Positions 17,033-25,494 of a DNA stretch of 33,533 bases are shown here, piece after piece. This DNA comes from Cytophagales bacterium. GTDB lineage: Bacteria; Bacteroidota; Bacteroidia; Cytophagales; Cyclobacteriaceae. Made by a program: the position numbers and the translations under genes. The notes below the pieces were generated by a model, which saw only the letters and a list, made by a program, of their open reading frames with translations, made no database searches and was not told where the DNA came from. The stretch covers positions 1 to 33,533 of the forward strand of contig JBBSBG010000001.1 of assembly GCA_038251495.1 (NCBI GenBank), in the 5' to 3' direction. The stretch's first letter is position 1. Every line of letters begins with the position of its first letter.

Positions 17033-18844
17033 ATGAAGGAACTTAAGCACCTCAACAAATATTTAGTCAAATACAAATGGCACCTCATTTTGGGGTTGTT
17101 GTTTGTTGTCATCTCAAACGTATTTCAGATTTTGCCTGCGCAGATGGTTCGCCACTCTATTGATTTGGTGGTCGATAATATCCGGGTGTATCGCGCGCTT
17201 TCAAATAGTGCTGCACAGCAAAGTTTCTTCGAAATTTTTGCTAAAGGAATCTTACTCTATGCCGTCCTCATTTTAGTGATGGCTTTACTGCGCGGAGTAT
17301 TCCTCTACTTTGTGCGCCAAACGCTGATTGTAATGAGTCGCCTTGTTGAGTACGACTTGAAAAACGAAGTCTTTAATCATTACCAAAGTTTGCCGTTAAG
17401 CTTTTACCGTAGAAACAACACCGGTGATCTTATGAACAGGATAAGCGAAGATGTGGGGCGGGTGCGCATGTATCTCGGACCTTCCATTATGTATGGCATG
17501 CAATTGATCACACTTTTTTTCATGCTGGTGCCGGTTATGTTTGATGTCAGTGTAAAACTTACCTGGTATGCACTTATTCCACTGCCAATACTTTCTATCA
17601 GCATCTTCTACGTGAACAACATCATTGAGCACCGTTCCGAGCAAATACAAAAAAGTCAATCGCGATTAAGCACGTTTGCACAAGAGGCATTCTCGGGCAT
17701 TCGAGTGATCAAATCGTTTACGCGCGAAAAGGAATCGGTGCAAAACTTTACAAAGGAAAGTGATGAGTATAAAAGGCAATCACTGAAGCTGACCCGGGTT
17801 CAATCACTTTTTTTCCCGTTGATTATGGGATTAATTGGTTTGAGCACAATCCTCACCGTATATGCAGGCAGCGTAGAGGTAATCAATGGATCGCTTACGT
17901 TTGGAAACATTGCTGAGTTTATCATTTACGTCAACCTCCTCACCTGGCCAGTTGCTTCATTGGGCTGGACAACCAGCTTGGTTCAGCGGGCGGCCGCATC
18001 GCAAAAAAGAATCAATGAATTTTTGAAGACAAAAACGGATATTCTCTCAGAGAAAGATCTCAAATCAGAACTAAAGGGAAAGATTGAATTTGAAAAAGTT
18101 TCATTCACTTATCCTGATACAGGAATCGAAGCCTTAAAAGATGTTTCGTTTGTTATCAACCCGGGGGAATCGCTTGCTATCATTGGTAAAACAGGCTCGG
18201 GCAAAAGCACCGTGGCTAATTTAATAAGTCGCTTGTATGATGTAAGTAAAGGTGAAATTAGAATTGATAGCGTGCCTATTAAGCACTACAACTTATTAAG
18301 TCTGCGGAGTCAAACCGGGATTGTTCCGCAAGATGTATTTTTATTTAGCGATACTATTTTCAACAACATTGCTTTTGGGTTAATGAAACCAGAGGAATCG
18401 AAAGTTATTCAAGCTGCAAAAGATGCTGATGTATACACGAACATAACTGATTTCCCGCAAGGATTTAATACACGAGTGGGTGAGCGTGGCATTACGCTTT
18501 CTGGCGGGCAAAAGCAGCGGGTATCTATTGCGCGAGCTGTTGTGCGCGAACCAAAGATTTTAATATTAGATGATGCGCTCTCTGCTGTAGATACAAAAAC
18601 AGAAAACACAATTCTAAACAGCATGAAAAAAATAATGCAAGGCCGCACCAGCATTATTATTTCGCATCGCGTTAGCTCAGCAAAGCTTGCTAATAAAATT
18701 ATTGTTTTAGATGAAGGAATGATTGTTGAGGAAGGAACGCACGAAAGTTTAATCGAACACAACGGCACGTATCAGGAGCTATATGAAAAGCAAATGCAGG
18801 GAGACGAAGTGGAGAAAGTAGAAGTTGGAGATTCGGGGTTATGA
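17033..18844 (+). CDS. ABC exporter half-transporter (MdlA/BmrC-like, degenerate Walker B)
   Basis: TMD plus NBD with GKTGSGKST, LSGGQKQR and ILILDDALSAVD. Start taken as ATG 17033 (MKELKHLNKY). Confidence 0.93.
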   Translation: MKELKHLNKYLVKYKWHLILGLLFVVISNVFQILPAQMVRHSIDLVVDNIRVYRALSNSAAQQSFFEIFAKGILLYAVLILVMALLRGVFLYFVRQTLIVMSRLVEYDLKNEVFNHYQSLPLSFYRRNNTGDLMNRISEDVGRVRMYLGPSIMYGMQLITLFFMLVPVMFDVSVKLTWYALIPLPILSISIFYVNNIIEHRSEQIQKSQSRLSTFAQEAFSGIRVIKSFTREKESVQNFTKESDEYKRQSLKLTRVQSLFFPLIMGLIGLSTILTVYAGSVEVINGSLTFGNIAEFIIYVNLLTWPVASLGWTTSLVQRAAASQKRINEFLKTKTDILSEKDLKSELKGKIEFEKVSFTYPDTGIEALKDVSFVINPGESLAIIGKTGSGKSTVANLISRLYDVSKGEIRIDSVPIKHYNLLSLRSQTGIVPQDVFLFSDTIFNNIAFGLMKPEESKVIQAAKDADVYTNITDFPQGFNTRVGERGITLSGGQKQRVSIARAVVREPKILILDDALSAVDTKTENTILNSMKKIMQGRTSIIISHRVSSAKLANKIIVLDEGMIVEEGTHESLIEHNGTYQELYEKQMQGDEVEKVEVGDSGL

Positions 18845-19230
18845 TAACACTAATTGCGAAATGGATCGTTGTTTTGTTTGGAGTGTTTATTATCTATGCA
18901 GGCTTTGTTATGTTGTTGGCCCCAACTAAAGCAAGAGAAACTTTAAAGAAGGCAGGTAGCACGAATTTTATTAACTATACTGAAATAACAATTCGAATGA
19001 TCCCGGCAATTGGGATAATTCTTTATTCGGATTTCTCTAAATTCCCAGAAGTATTCAAAATTTTTGGTTGGTTTATGCTGGGTACTTCGCTCGTTCTATA
19101 CTTTGTTCCAAGAAAACTGCATCATAGTTATTCGCTTAAGTGTGCCGAAATCCTAAGCCCACTCTATTTCCGTTTGTTATCACCCTTTTCATTTCTTTTT
19201 GGCGCAGCCATACTGTATAGCGTCTTGTGA
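18841..19230 (+). CDS. Small membrane protein with four predicted TM helices
   Basis: Hydrophobic segments and an ATGA overlap with the ABC gene stop. Confidence 0.75.
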   Translation: MITLIAKWIVVLFGVFIIYAGFVMLLAPTKARETLKKAGSTNFINYTEITIRMIPAIGIILYSDFSKFPEVFKIFGWFMLGTSLVLYFVPRKLHHSYSLKCAEILSPLYFRLLSPFSFLFGAAILYSVL

Positions 19231-19300
19231 AAATCGAGATGACAGGATTGATGTAAAAGCGTAAGGCATTTAGTGCCCGTAAGTATTGAGTGGCTGGTAT

Positions 19301-20008
19301 CTAAAATACATAGCGTAAACCAACCCCGCCTTGAAAGCGCTGATAACCAGGATCGAGTAGCACATCGGTAAACCATTCTACTTCAATGAAAGCAGAAATC
19401 GGTAAAGAGAAATAAGAATACTCAAAGCCTAAAATACCAGTAGGGCCATAGGTAAATCGGTTTTCAGAAAACTTACCAAATTTACTTTCAAACGCGCCAT
19501 CTTCATACAGATAATCGTACGTAAGTTTAGTGTTACGCCATTGCCATCCTAACCCAACATAAACTTGCAAACCCTTAGAAATTTTCTCGGCATTCCATTG
19601 ATAAAGAAATTTCGTTTCTACGAACCAATCTGCTGTAACTTTATGCGCCAAATATTGCATAGTTTCAGTGCCTCCTAGGCTATCAGGCAAGTATGTGAAA
19701 TATGTGTTCCTATAGTACTTATTGTAAAGACCACTAGCTGCTTTGCCGGCATCAACTGCAAATGCCCATTTTTTATTTGGATAAAATTTATAGGTCATGG
19801 CAAACGGATCGCCCAACTTAAATCCGATTGCTTGATAAGGATACTGACTGGTTTGAAAAATAGGACAAATGACTTTTGCTTTGCTACGTGAAACGTTAGG
19901 ACGCGTAAAAGTTGCCGCTTTTCTGCTCGTTGTGTACTGTGCATGGCAAGCAATTGCACTTCCAAGAAGTGCAAAGGCAAGAATAAAAACAGCCTTTTTA
20001 GGATGCAT
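19301..20008 (-). CDS. Outer membrane beta-barrel protein
   Basis: Signal peptide (...IACHA/Q), alternating beta-strand pattern and C-terminal beta-signal GVGLRYVF. Confidence 0.8.
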   Translation of the reverse strand: MHPKKAVFILAFALLGSAIACHAQYTTSRKAATFTRPNVSRSKAKVICPIFQTSQYPYQAIGFKLGDPFAMTYKFYPNKKWAFAVDAGKAASGLYNKYYRNTYFTYLPDSLGGTETMQYLAHKVTADWFVETKFLYQWNAEKISKGLQVYVGLGWQWRNTKLTYDYLYEDGAFESKFGKFSENRFTYGPTGILGFEYSYFSLPISAFIEVEWFTDVLLDPGYQRFQGGVGLRYVF

Positions 20009-20013
20009 TAGAG

Positions 20014-20021
20014 CAAATATA
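20014..20021 (-). promoter_or_regulatory. -7 promoter element directly upstream of the beta-barrel ATG
   Basis: TATATTTG lies 5 nt before the start codon. Confidence 0.5.
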
Positions 20022-20071
20022 ACTGTTTTGCGGACACTTCTTGATGAGTGGTCGATTTGAGGGGTTGAACG

Positions 20072-21844
20072 TTAAACAACTTCTTTATACTGCATTTTGT
20101 GCAGTTGAGCATAAAAGCCCGCGCTGGATAAAAGAGTTTCGTGGGTGCCAACTTCTTTAATTTCGCCCTTATCAAGCACGATAATTTTGTTGGCTTTTTG
20201 AATAGTTGAAAGCCTGTGCGCAATAACAATTGAAGTGCGGCTGGCCATCATTTTAGAAATCGCTTCCTGAATCATTTCTTCTGTTTCGCTATCTACCGAA
20301 GAAGTAGCTTCATCCAACACTAAAATTTTAGGATCGTAAACCATGGCTCGGATAAAAGATAATAGTTGACGTTGACCAACTGATAATGTTGAACCACGCT
20401 CCATCACGTTATAATCTAAACCGCCCGGCAAGCGATCAATAAACTTTCTGGCCCCAACTAGATCAGCCGCGTGAAGAATCATTTCATCAGTAACATCCGG
20501 ATTGCCCAATGAAATATTATAGCGAATGGTGTCAGAAAAAAGAAATACATCTTGCAACACAACACCAATTTTTTTCCGCAAAACTTCTAAATCATATTCT
20601 TTAATATCAATCCCATCGACTTTAATCTCACCGCGGTTGATTTCATAAAAACGGTTTAAAAGATTGATTATTGAGGATTTGCCTGCGCCCGTTGCACCTA
20701 CTAATGCTATAGTCTCTCCAGCGTTTATTTCCAGGTTAACATCCTTTAAAACATATTCCGCATCGTTGTAAGCAAACCAGACATGATTGAATGTTACCTC
20801 ACCTCGCACCTCGGCAGGGCGGTAGTCGCCATTCGGCATTACATCAGTTTGATCGTCCAACAGATTGATAATTCGCGATGAACTAACAATACCCATTTGT
20901 AGTGTATTGTACCGATCGGCAATCATGCGAATAGGTCGAAAAAACATTTGGATGTACATGATGAAGGCCATCAACGTGCCAACAGTAATTCCTGTTTGCT
21001 CTTGATTGATTGCCCCTTTGGAACCATACCACACTAATAAACCAATGCCCATAGCTGCAATGATTTCAGCTACCGGATAATACACTGAATAATAAAGTAC
21101 AGAGCGAAGATTAGCATCCCGATGTTCTTTGTTTATTTCCTGAAATTTTTCGAACTCGCGTTTCTCGCTACCAAACATCTGCACAATATTCATTCCCGTA
21201 AGGTGCTCTTGTACAAACGCATTTAGGTTAGAAACTGCATTGCGTGCGTCATTGAACGCGACTTTTATTTTTTCCTTAAACACATACGTGGAAAGTAGCA
21301 TGAGTGGAATAGTAGATAAACTTACCAAGGCCAGGCGCCAGTCAGTTATAAACATGAAAAGCAGAATGAAAATGATTTGGAGTAAATCGCCTGCCATGGC
21401 GGCAATGCCTTCGCTAAACACATCGGCCAGTGTTTCAACATCGGAAACGGTTCTGGTCACTAACCTGCCAATAGGTGTTTTATCGAAAAATTTTAATCGA
21501 AGATTTACAATGTGCTCGTAAAGTTGAATTCGGATATCACGAATTACATACTGACCGATGCGACCCGAGATATAGGTGTGAGCATATTGAACAACGGATT
21601 GAACTAATAATAAAGCGAGAATAAAGAGCATCACATACACCATATCCCAATACTTGCCAAAAGCAACGTGCTTATCGAGTGTGTATTGAATTAATAGCGG
21701 ACGCAATGGCGTGAGAACACCTAACAGCAGCGTAAGCAATACAAGAAAATAAAACCGCCCTTTATAGGGTTTTATAAACTTCATTATGCGGCCAAGGACT
21801 TTCCAGTCTATAATATTCCCGCTACTTACTTTTTCCTTTTCCAT
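20072..21844 (-). CDS. ABC exporter half-transporter (MdlB/BmrD-like, degenerate signature)
   Basis: GATGAGKSS, LSVGQRQ, ILVLDEATSSVD and IAHRLSTI. Confidence 0.94.
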   Translation of the reverse strand: MEKEKVSSGNIIDWKVLGRIMKFIKPYKGRFYFLVLLTLLLGVLTPLRPLLIQYTLDKHVAFGKYWDMVYVMLFILALLLVQSVVQYAHTYISGRIGQYVIRDIRIQLYEHIVNLRLKFFDKTPIGRLVTRTVSDVETLADVFSEGIAAMAGDLLQIIFILLFMFITDWRLALVSLSTIPLMLLSTYVFKEKIKVAFNDARNAVSNLNAFVQEHLTGMNIVQMFGSEKREFEKFQEINKEHRDANLRSVLYYSVYYPVAEIIAAMGIGLLVWYGSKGAINQEQTGITVGTLMAFIMYIQMFFRPIRMIADRYNTLQMGIVSSSRIINLLDDQTDVMPNGDYRPAEVRGEVTFNHVWFAYNDAEYVLKDVNLEINAGETIALVGATGAGKSSIINLLNRFYEINRGEIKVDGIDIKEYDLEVLRKKIGVVLQDVFLFSDTIRYNISLGNPDVTDEMILHAADLVGARKFIDRLPGGLDYNVMERGSTLSVGQRQLLSFIRAMVYDPKILVLDEATSSVDSETEEMIQEAISKMMASRTSIVIAHRLSTIQKANKIIVLDKGEIKEVGTHETLLSSAGFYAQLHKMQYKEVV

Positions 21845-21845
21845 A

Positions 21846-21877
21846 CCTCACCCCATCCCTCTCCATAGGAGAGGGTG
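21846..21877. repeat. CCCTCTCC-N-GGAGAGGG REP-like hairpin
   Basis: CCTCACCCCATCCCTCTCCATAGGAGAGGGTG fills the truA-ABC spacer. Confidence 0.65.
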
Positions 21878-21879
21878 CC

Positions 21880-22623
21880 TTAAATAAAAATTGATTTTGG
21901 ATATTTTACCTGAACAAGATACAGCGCTTCGGGTGGCACATTAACGCCAGCCTGCTTGCGGTCTTTACTCTTTAATATATCCTGAAATTGTTTGATCGTT
22001 GTTTTTTTTGAGCCTACATCCAAAAGCGTTCCCACTATGGACCGCACCATTCCTCGTAAAAAGCGATTGGCGGTAATTGTTAAAACCAGCAAGTCGCCTT
22101 TTTGATTCCACTTTGCCTGTTTTATGTTGCAAATAAAATTGTTCACATCGGTATGCACCTTGCTAAAACACTGAAAGTCATGTTCGCCAATCAATAACGC
22201 AGTTGCCCGTTCCATGGTTGGGATATCGAGATCGCGAAAGAAATAATACGTATGCCCCACCATAATCGGGTCTTTTACACGAGTTATTTTATACTCATAA
22301 GTTCTGTCTAGCGCATCATAGCGGGCACTTGCTTCTTGCTTAACCTTACGAATTGAACGAATACCTATAAACCGGGGCAAAATTGAGTTCAGTTTTGCAA
22401 TCCACTGCTGCTCATCAAAGTCAACTTCAACATCAGCATGAAAAAATTGTTGCACACAATGAACTCCGGTATCGGTACGTCCGCTTCCGGTTATTGAAAT
22501 CTTCTTTCTAAAAACTTTTGTCATACAATCCTCCACAACCTGCTGCACACTAATTGCATTGGGTTGATTTTGCCAGCCATGATAGCTGGTGCCGTTGTAT
22601 GTTATCTCGAAGAAGTAACGCAT
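21880..22623 (-). CDS. truA: tRNA pseudouridine(38-40) synthase
   Basis: YNGTSYHGWQNQP, GSGRTDTGVH, ARYDA and ANRFLRGMVR. Confidence 0.96.
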   Translation of the reverse strand: MRYFFEITYNGTSYHGWQNQPNAISVQQVVEDCMTKVFRKKISITGSGRTDTGVHCVQQFFHADVEVDFDEQQWIAKLNSILPRFIGIRSIRKVKQEASARYDALDRTYEYKITRVKDPIMVGHTYYFFRDLDIPTMERATALLIGEHDFQCFSKVHTDVNNFICNIKQAKWNQKGDLLVLTITANRFLRGMVRSIVGTLLDVGSKKTTIKQFQDILKSKDRKQAGVNVPPEALYLVQVKYPKSIFI

Positions 22624-22677
22624 TCCTATTGCCGATTTACGAATAACGATTTTGACGACTAAATAAAATGCTGATAG

Positions 22678-23880
22678 CTAATGGGATGGATTTTCATAAA
22701 TTATGGCTGCGCCTTGGCCAACCCCAATACACATGGTAGCTAATCCGTATTTTACATTTCGTCTTTTCATTTCATGAATTAATGTTGCGCTTATGCGAAC
22801 GCCACTGCATCCCAACGGATGGCCAATAGCAATGGCTCCACCATTTACATTTATAATTTCAGGGTTCAGGTCAAGATCCTTAATGCAGGCTAATGATTGC
22901 GCAGCAAAAGCTTCATTTAATTCAATCAACCCAACATCAGAAATTTTTAACCCTGCGCGTTGCAATGCCTTCTTTATAGCCGGCACCGGACCAACACCCA
23001 TATAGGCAGGATCAACTCCGGCAACGGCCATCGAAACTACGCGAGCCAATGGTTTTAAATTTAATTTGTTCGCGAGTTCTTCATTTACGAGCAAACTTGC
23101 TGCTGCACCATCATTAATGCCCGAAGAATTGCCCGCAGTTACAGTTCCATTTTCTTTAAAAGCCGGCTTAAGTGTTGCCAATTTTTCAAGTGAAGTTTCG
23201 CGTGGATATTCATCTGTGTTAAAATCGCTTGTCTCTTTTCCTTTTTTAACTGAAACAGAAATCAATTCATCTTTGAATTTATCAGCCTTGTGAGCGGCAA
23301 AATATTTTTGCTGAGAAGCCAACCCAAATTGATCTTGTTCTTCCCGAGTTATTTTCCATTTCTCAGCCACATTCTCTGCCGTTTCACCCATGGAATGTGG
23401 ATGATACAACTTAGAAAGTTTTGAATTGATAAAGCGCCAACCAATAGTAGTATCATAAATTTCCGCTTTGCGCGAAAAAGGTTCTTCCCCTTTTGGCATC
23501 ACAAACGGTGCACGACTCATGCTTTCCACACCTCCTGCTATGTAACAATCGCCATCACCATTCAATATGGCCCGCGAAGCATCCATTATTGCTTGCAACC
23601 CAGAGGCACATAATCTATTCACAGTTACTCCACCCACTTCAACCGGAAGACCGGCTAGCAACAACGCCATGCGTGCAACATTACGATTGTCTTCGCCCGC
23701 CTGATTGGCTGCCCCAAAAATTACATCTTCAATCAGGGCAGGATCAATGGAAGGATTTCGTTCCATTATTTTTTTAATAACAGTCGCAGCCAGGTCATCG
23801 GGTCGCAAGGATGCAAGCGTGCCGCCAAATTTTCCTACCGGTGTTCGTAAGATATCAACAATGAATGCAGATTTTGTCAT
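22678..23880 (-). CDS. Acetyl-CoA C-acyltransferase (thiolase, PcaF/PaaJ-like)
   Basis: NRLCASG, AGGVESMSRAP, DTTIGWRF, NEAF, GHPLG and CIGVGQG. Confidence 0.92.
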   Translation of the reverse strand: MTKSAFIVDILRTPVGKFGGTLASLRPDDLAATVIKKIMERNPSIDPALIEDVIFGAANQAGEDNRNVARMALLLAGLPVEVGGVTVNRLCASGLQAIMDASRAILNGDGDCYIAGGVESMSRAPFVMPKGEEPFSRKAEIYDTTIGWRFINSKLSKLYHPHSMGETAENVAEKWKITREEQDQFGLASQQKYFAAHKADKFKDELISVSVKKGKETSDFNTDEYPRETSLEKLATLKPAFKENGTVTAGNSSGINDGAAASLLVNEELANKLNLKPLARVVSMAVAGVDPAYMGVGPVPAIKKALQRAGLKISDVGLIELNEAFAAQSLACIKDLDLNPEIINVNGGAIAIGHPLGCSGVRISATLIHEMKRRNVKYGLATMCIGVGQGAAIIYENPSH

Positions 23881-23920
23881 ATAATTTGTAGCCTGTAATT
23901 CGCGTACCCGCTACATTTAG

Positions 23921-23928
23921 TAGTTTTG
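23921..23928 (+). promoter_or_regulatory. -7 promoter element for the DUF4293 gene
   Basis: TAGTTTTG. Confidence 0.55.
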
Positions 23929-23954
23929 CGCAGGCAAGTTAACGCAACCCTTTT

Positions 23955-24416
23955 ATGTGGCAAAGAATACAAACGTTGTTTCTGGTTTTAGTAGTGGTAA
24001 GCATGTTGACAAGTTTCTTTTTACCAATCTGGAAAATCACAAATGGTACTACGGAAATGCAATTATATCCGCTTCATTTTTCAACTATTGAAAACGGAGT
24101 GCGTACAACCCAATATTTTCCGTTTAGCATTATGGCTGTTTTAATGGCTGCCGCAGCTACAATTGCCATCATGGAAATTATGCGTTTTGACAACCGAATG
24201 GCTCAGGTGAAATTAGGAACACTAAACTCACTGATACTGGCCGGAGTTTTAGGTACTGCCGTTTATTTCTATAATCAAGTAACTAGCCAATACGGGTATG
24301 GTAAATTTGGATTAAGTATTTGGATCCCGTTTATAGGTGTCGCTTGCAATTGGCTGGCGATTCGGTTTATCCGCAAAGACGAAAAATTAGTTCGCGATTC
24401 TGATCGCATCCGCTAA
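23955..24416 (+). CDS. DUF4293 family membrane protein
   Basis: MWQRIQTLFL start, NRMAQ, and LAIRFIRKDEKLVRDSDRIR end. Confidence 0.88.
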   Translation: MWQRIQTLFLVLVVVSMLTSFFLPIWKITNGTTEMQLYPLHFSTIENGVRTTQYFPFSIMAVLMAAAATIAIMEIMRFDNRMAQVKLGTLNSLILAGVLGTAVYFYNQVTSQYGYGKFGLSIWIPFIGVACNWLAIRFIRKDEKLVRDSDRIR

Positions 24417-24477
24417 ACTTTAGTTAGCCATTTCCTGTTTTCAACTCGTAACTATCTTTTTATATAAATAAAATTTT

Positions 24478-24975
24478 ATGGCACTCACCAAATTAGGACC
24501 TAATGACGCAAACACTGTTGGCAATCTTCCTGCAATAGGATCAGCTGCGCCCGACTTTAAACTTACTGCTAATGATATGAGTGATGTAAGCTTTAGTCAG
24601 TATGCCGGAAAGAATGTTGTATTAAATATTTTTCCAAGCGTGGATACCGGAGTGTGCGCTTCTTCAGTTCGTGAATTTAATAAGCGCGTTGCTGCACTAG
24701 ATAATACCGTCATTCTCTGCATTTCGAAAGATTTACCCTTAGCGCAAAAAAGATTTTGTGGAGCTGAAGGCATTGACAAAGCAATTACATTATCAGATTT
24801 TAAAGGTCACGGCTTTGGAAAGGCGTATGGTGTTGAATTAATTGACAGTGGTTTTGCTGGGTTGCTTGCCCGTGCGGTTGTGGTTATCGACCCGCATGGC
24901 ACTGTAAAATATACTCAACTTGTTCCTCAGATTGGGGAAGAGCCAAACTACGAGGCGGCTTTGAAAGCCATTTGA
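24478..24975 (+). CDS. tpx: Thiol peroxidase (atypical 2-Cys peroxiredoxin)
   Basis: NIFPSVDTGVC, ISKDLP, RFCGAEG and EPNYEAAL. Confidence 0.95.
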   Translation: MALTKLGPNDANTVGNLPAIGSAAPDFKLTANDMSDVSFSQYAGKNVVLNIFPSVDTGVCASSVREFNKRVAALDNTVILCISKDLPLAQKRFCGAEGIDKAITLSDFKGHGFGKAYGVELIDSGFAGLLARAVVVIDPHGTVKYTQLVPQIGEEPNYEAALKAI

Positions 24976-24995
24976 ACTAAGTAAACTCCGATTTC

Positions 24996-25023
24996 AAAAC
25001 CTTTCTAATTGAAAGGTTTTTTT
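24996..25023 (+). terminator. Intrinsic terminator after tpx
   Basis: AAAACCTTTC-TAATT-GAAAGGTTTT followed by more T. Confidence 0.8.
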
Positions 25024-25051
25024 ATTTGTTGTGATCCGGTAAATTCGAACT

Positions 25052-25258
25052 ATGAATGAAATAATTTTCCTTGTTGAAGATGCAGTCGAAGGAGGTTACT
25101 TAGCAAAGGCTTTAAGTCAGCCTATTTTCACTGAAGCTGAAACAATGGATCAACTAAAAGAGAATATTCGCGAGGCGGTGCGGTGCCATTATGAAGATAA
25201 TAATACACCTCCCATTATCAGATTTCATTATGTAAAAGATGAATTGATCACTTTATGA
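25052..25258 (+). CDS. Short HicB-family antitoxin
   Basis: IIFLVEDAVEGGYLAKA...IFTEAETMDQLKENIREAV partial RNase H-like HicB pattern, with an ATGA overlap into the HicA gene. Confidence 0.8.
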   Translation: MNEIIFLVEDAVEGGYLAKALSQPIFTEAETMDQLKENIREAVRCHYEDNNTPPIIRFHYVKDELITL

Positions 25259-25494
25259 AATTACCTCGGAGCGTCTCTGGGGATGAATTAATTAAATCAC
25301 TTCAAAAAGTTGGCTACTCAGTAACTCGGCAGAAAGGAAGTCATGTTCGTTTATCGTGTTCACTTCCAACAGGCGATCATCGTATTACAAATCACAATCC
25401 TATAAAGATTGGAACACTGTCAGCTATTCTCACAGAGATTGCACAGTTTCATAAACTTTCAAAACAAGAACTACTTAACAAAATATTTGGATGA
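25255..25494 (+). CDS. HicA-family toxin (mRNA interferase)
   Basis: SGDELIKSLQKVGYSVTRQKGSH and IKIGTLSAIL. Confidence 0.88.
   Translation: MKLPRSVSGDELIKSLQKVGYSVTRQKGSHVRLSCSLPTGDHRITNHNPIKIGTLSAILTEIAQFHKLSKQELLNKIFG

Noticed and set aside
22678-23880. Thiolase as evidence of an aromatic catabolism cluster
   Set aside because: No other paa or pca genes are in the window, so the substrate cannot be assigned.
25052-25258. Possible '2-oxoisovalerate dehydrogenase beta' label often given to this kind of ORF
   Set aside because: At 68 aa, with a HicB-like pattern and coupling to hicA, it fits an antitoxin.
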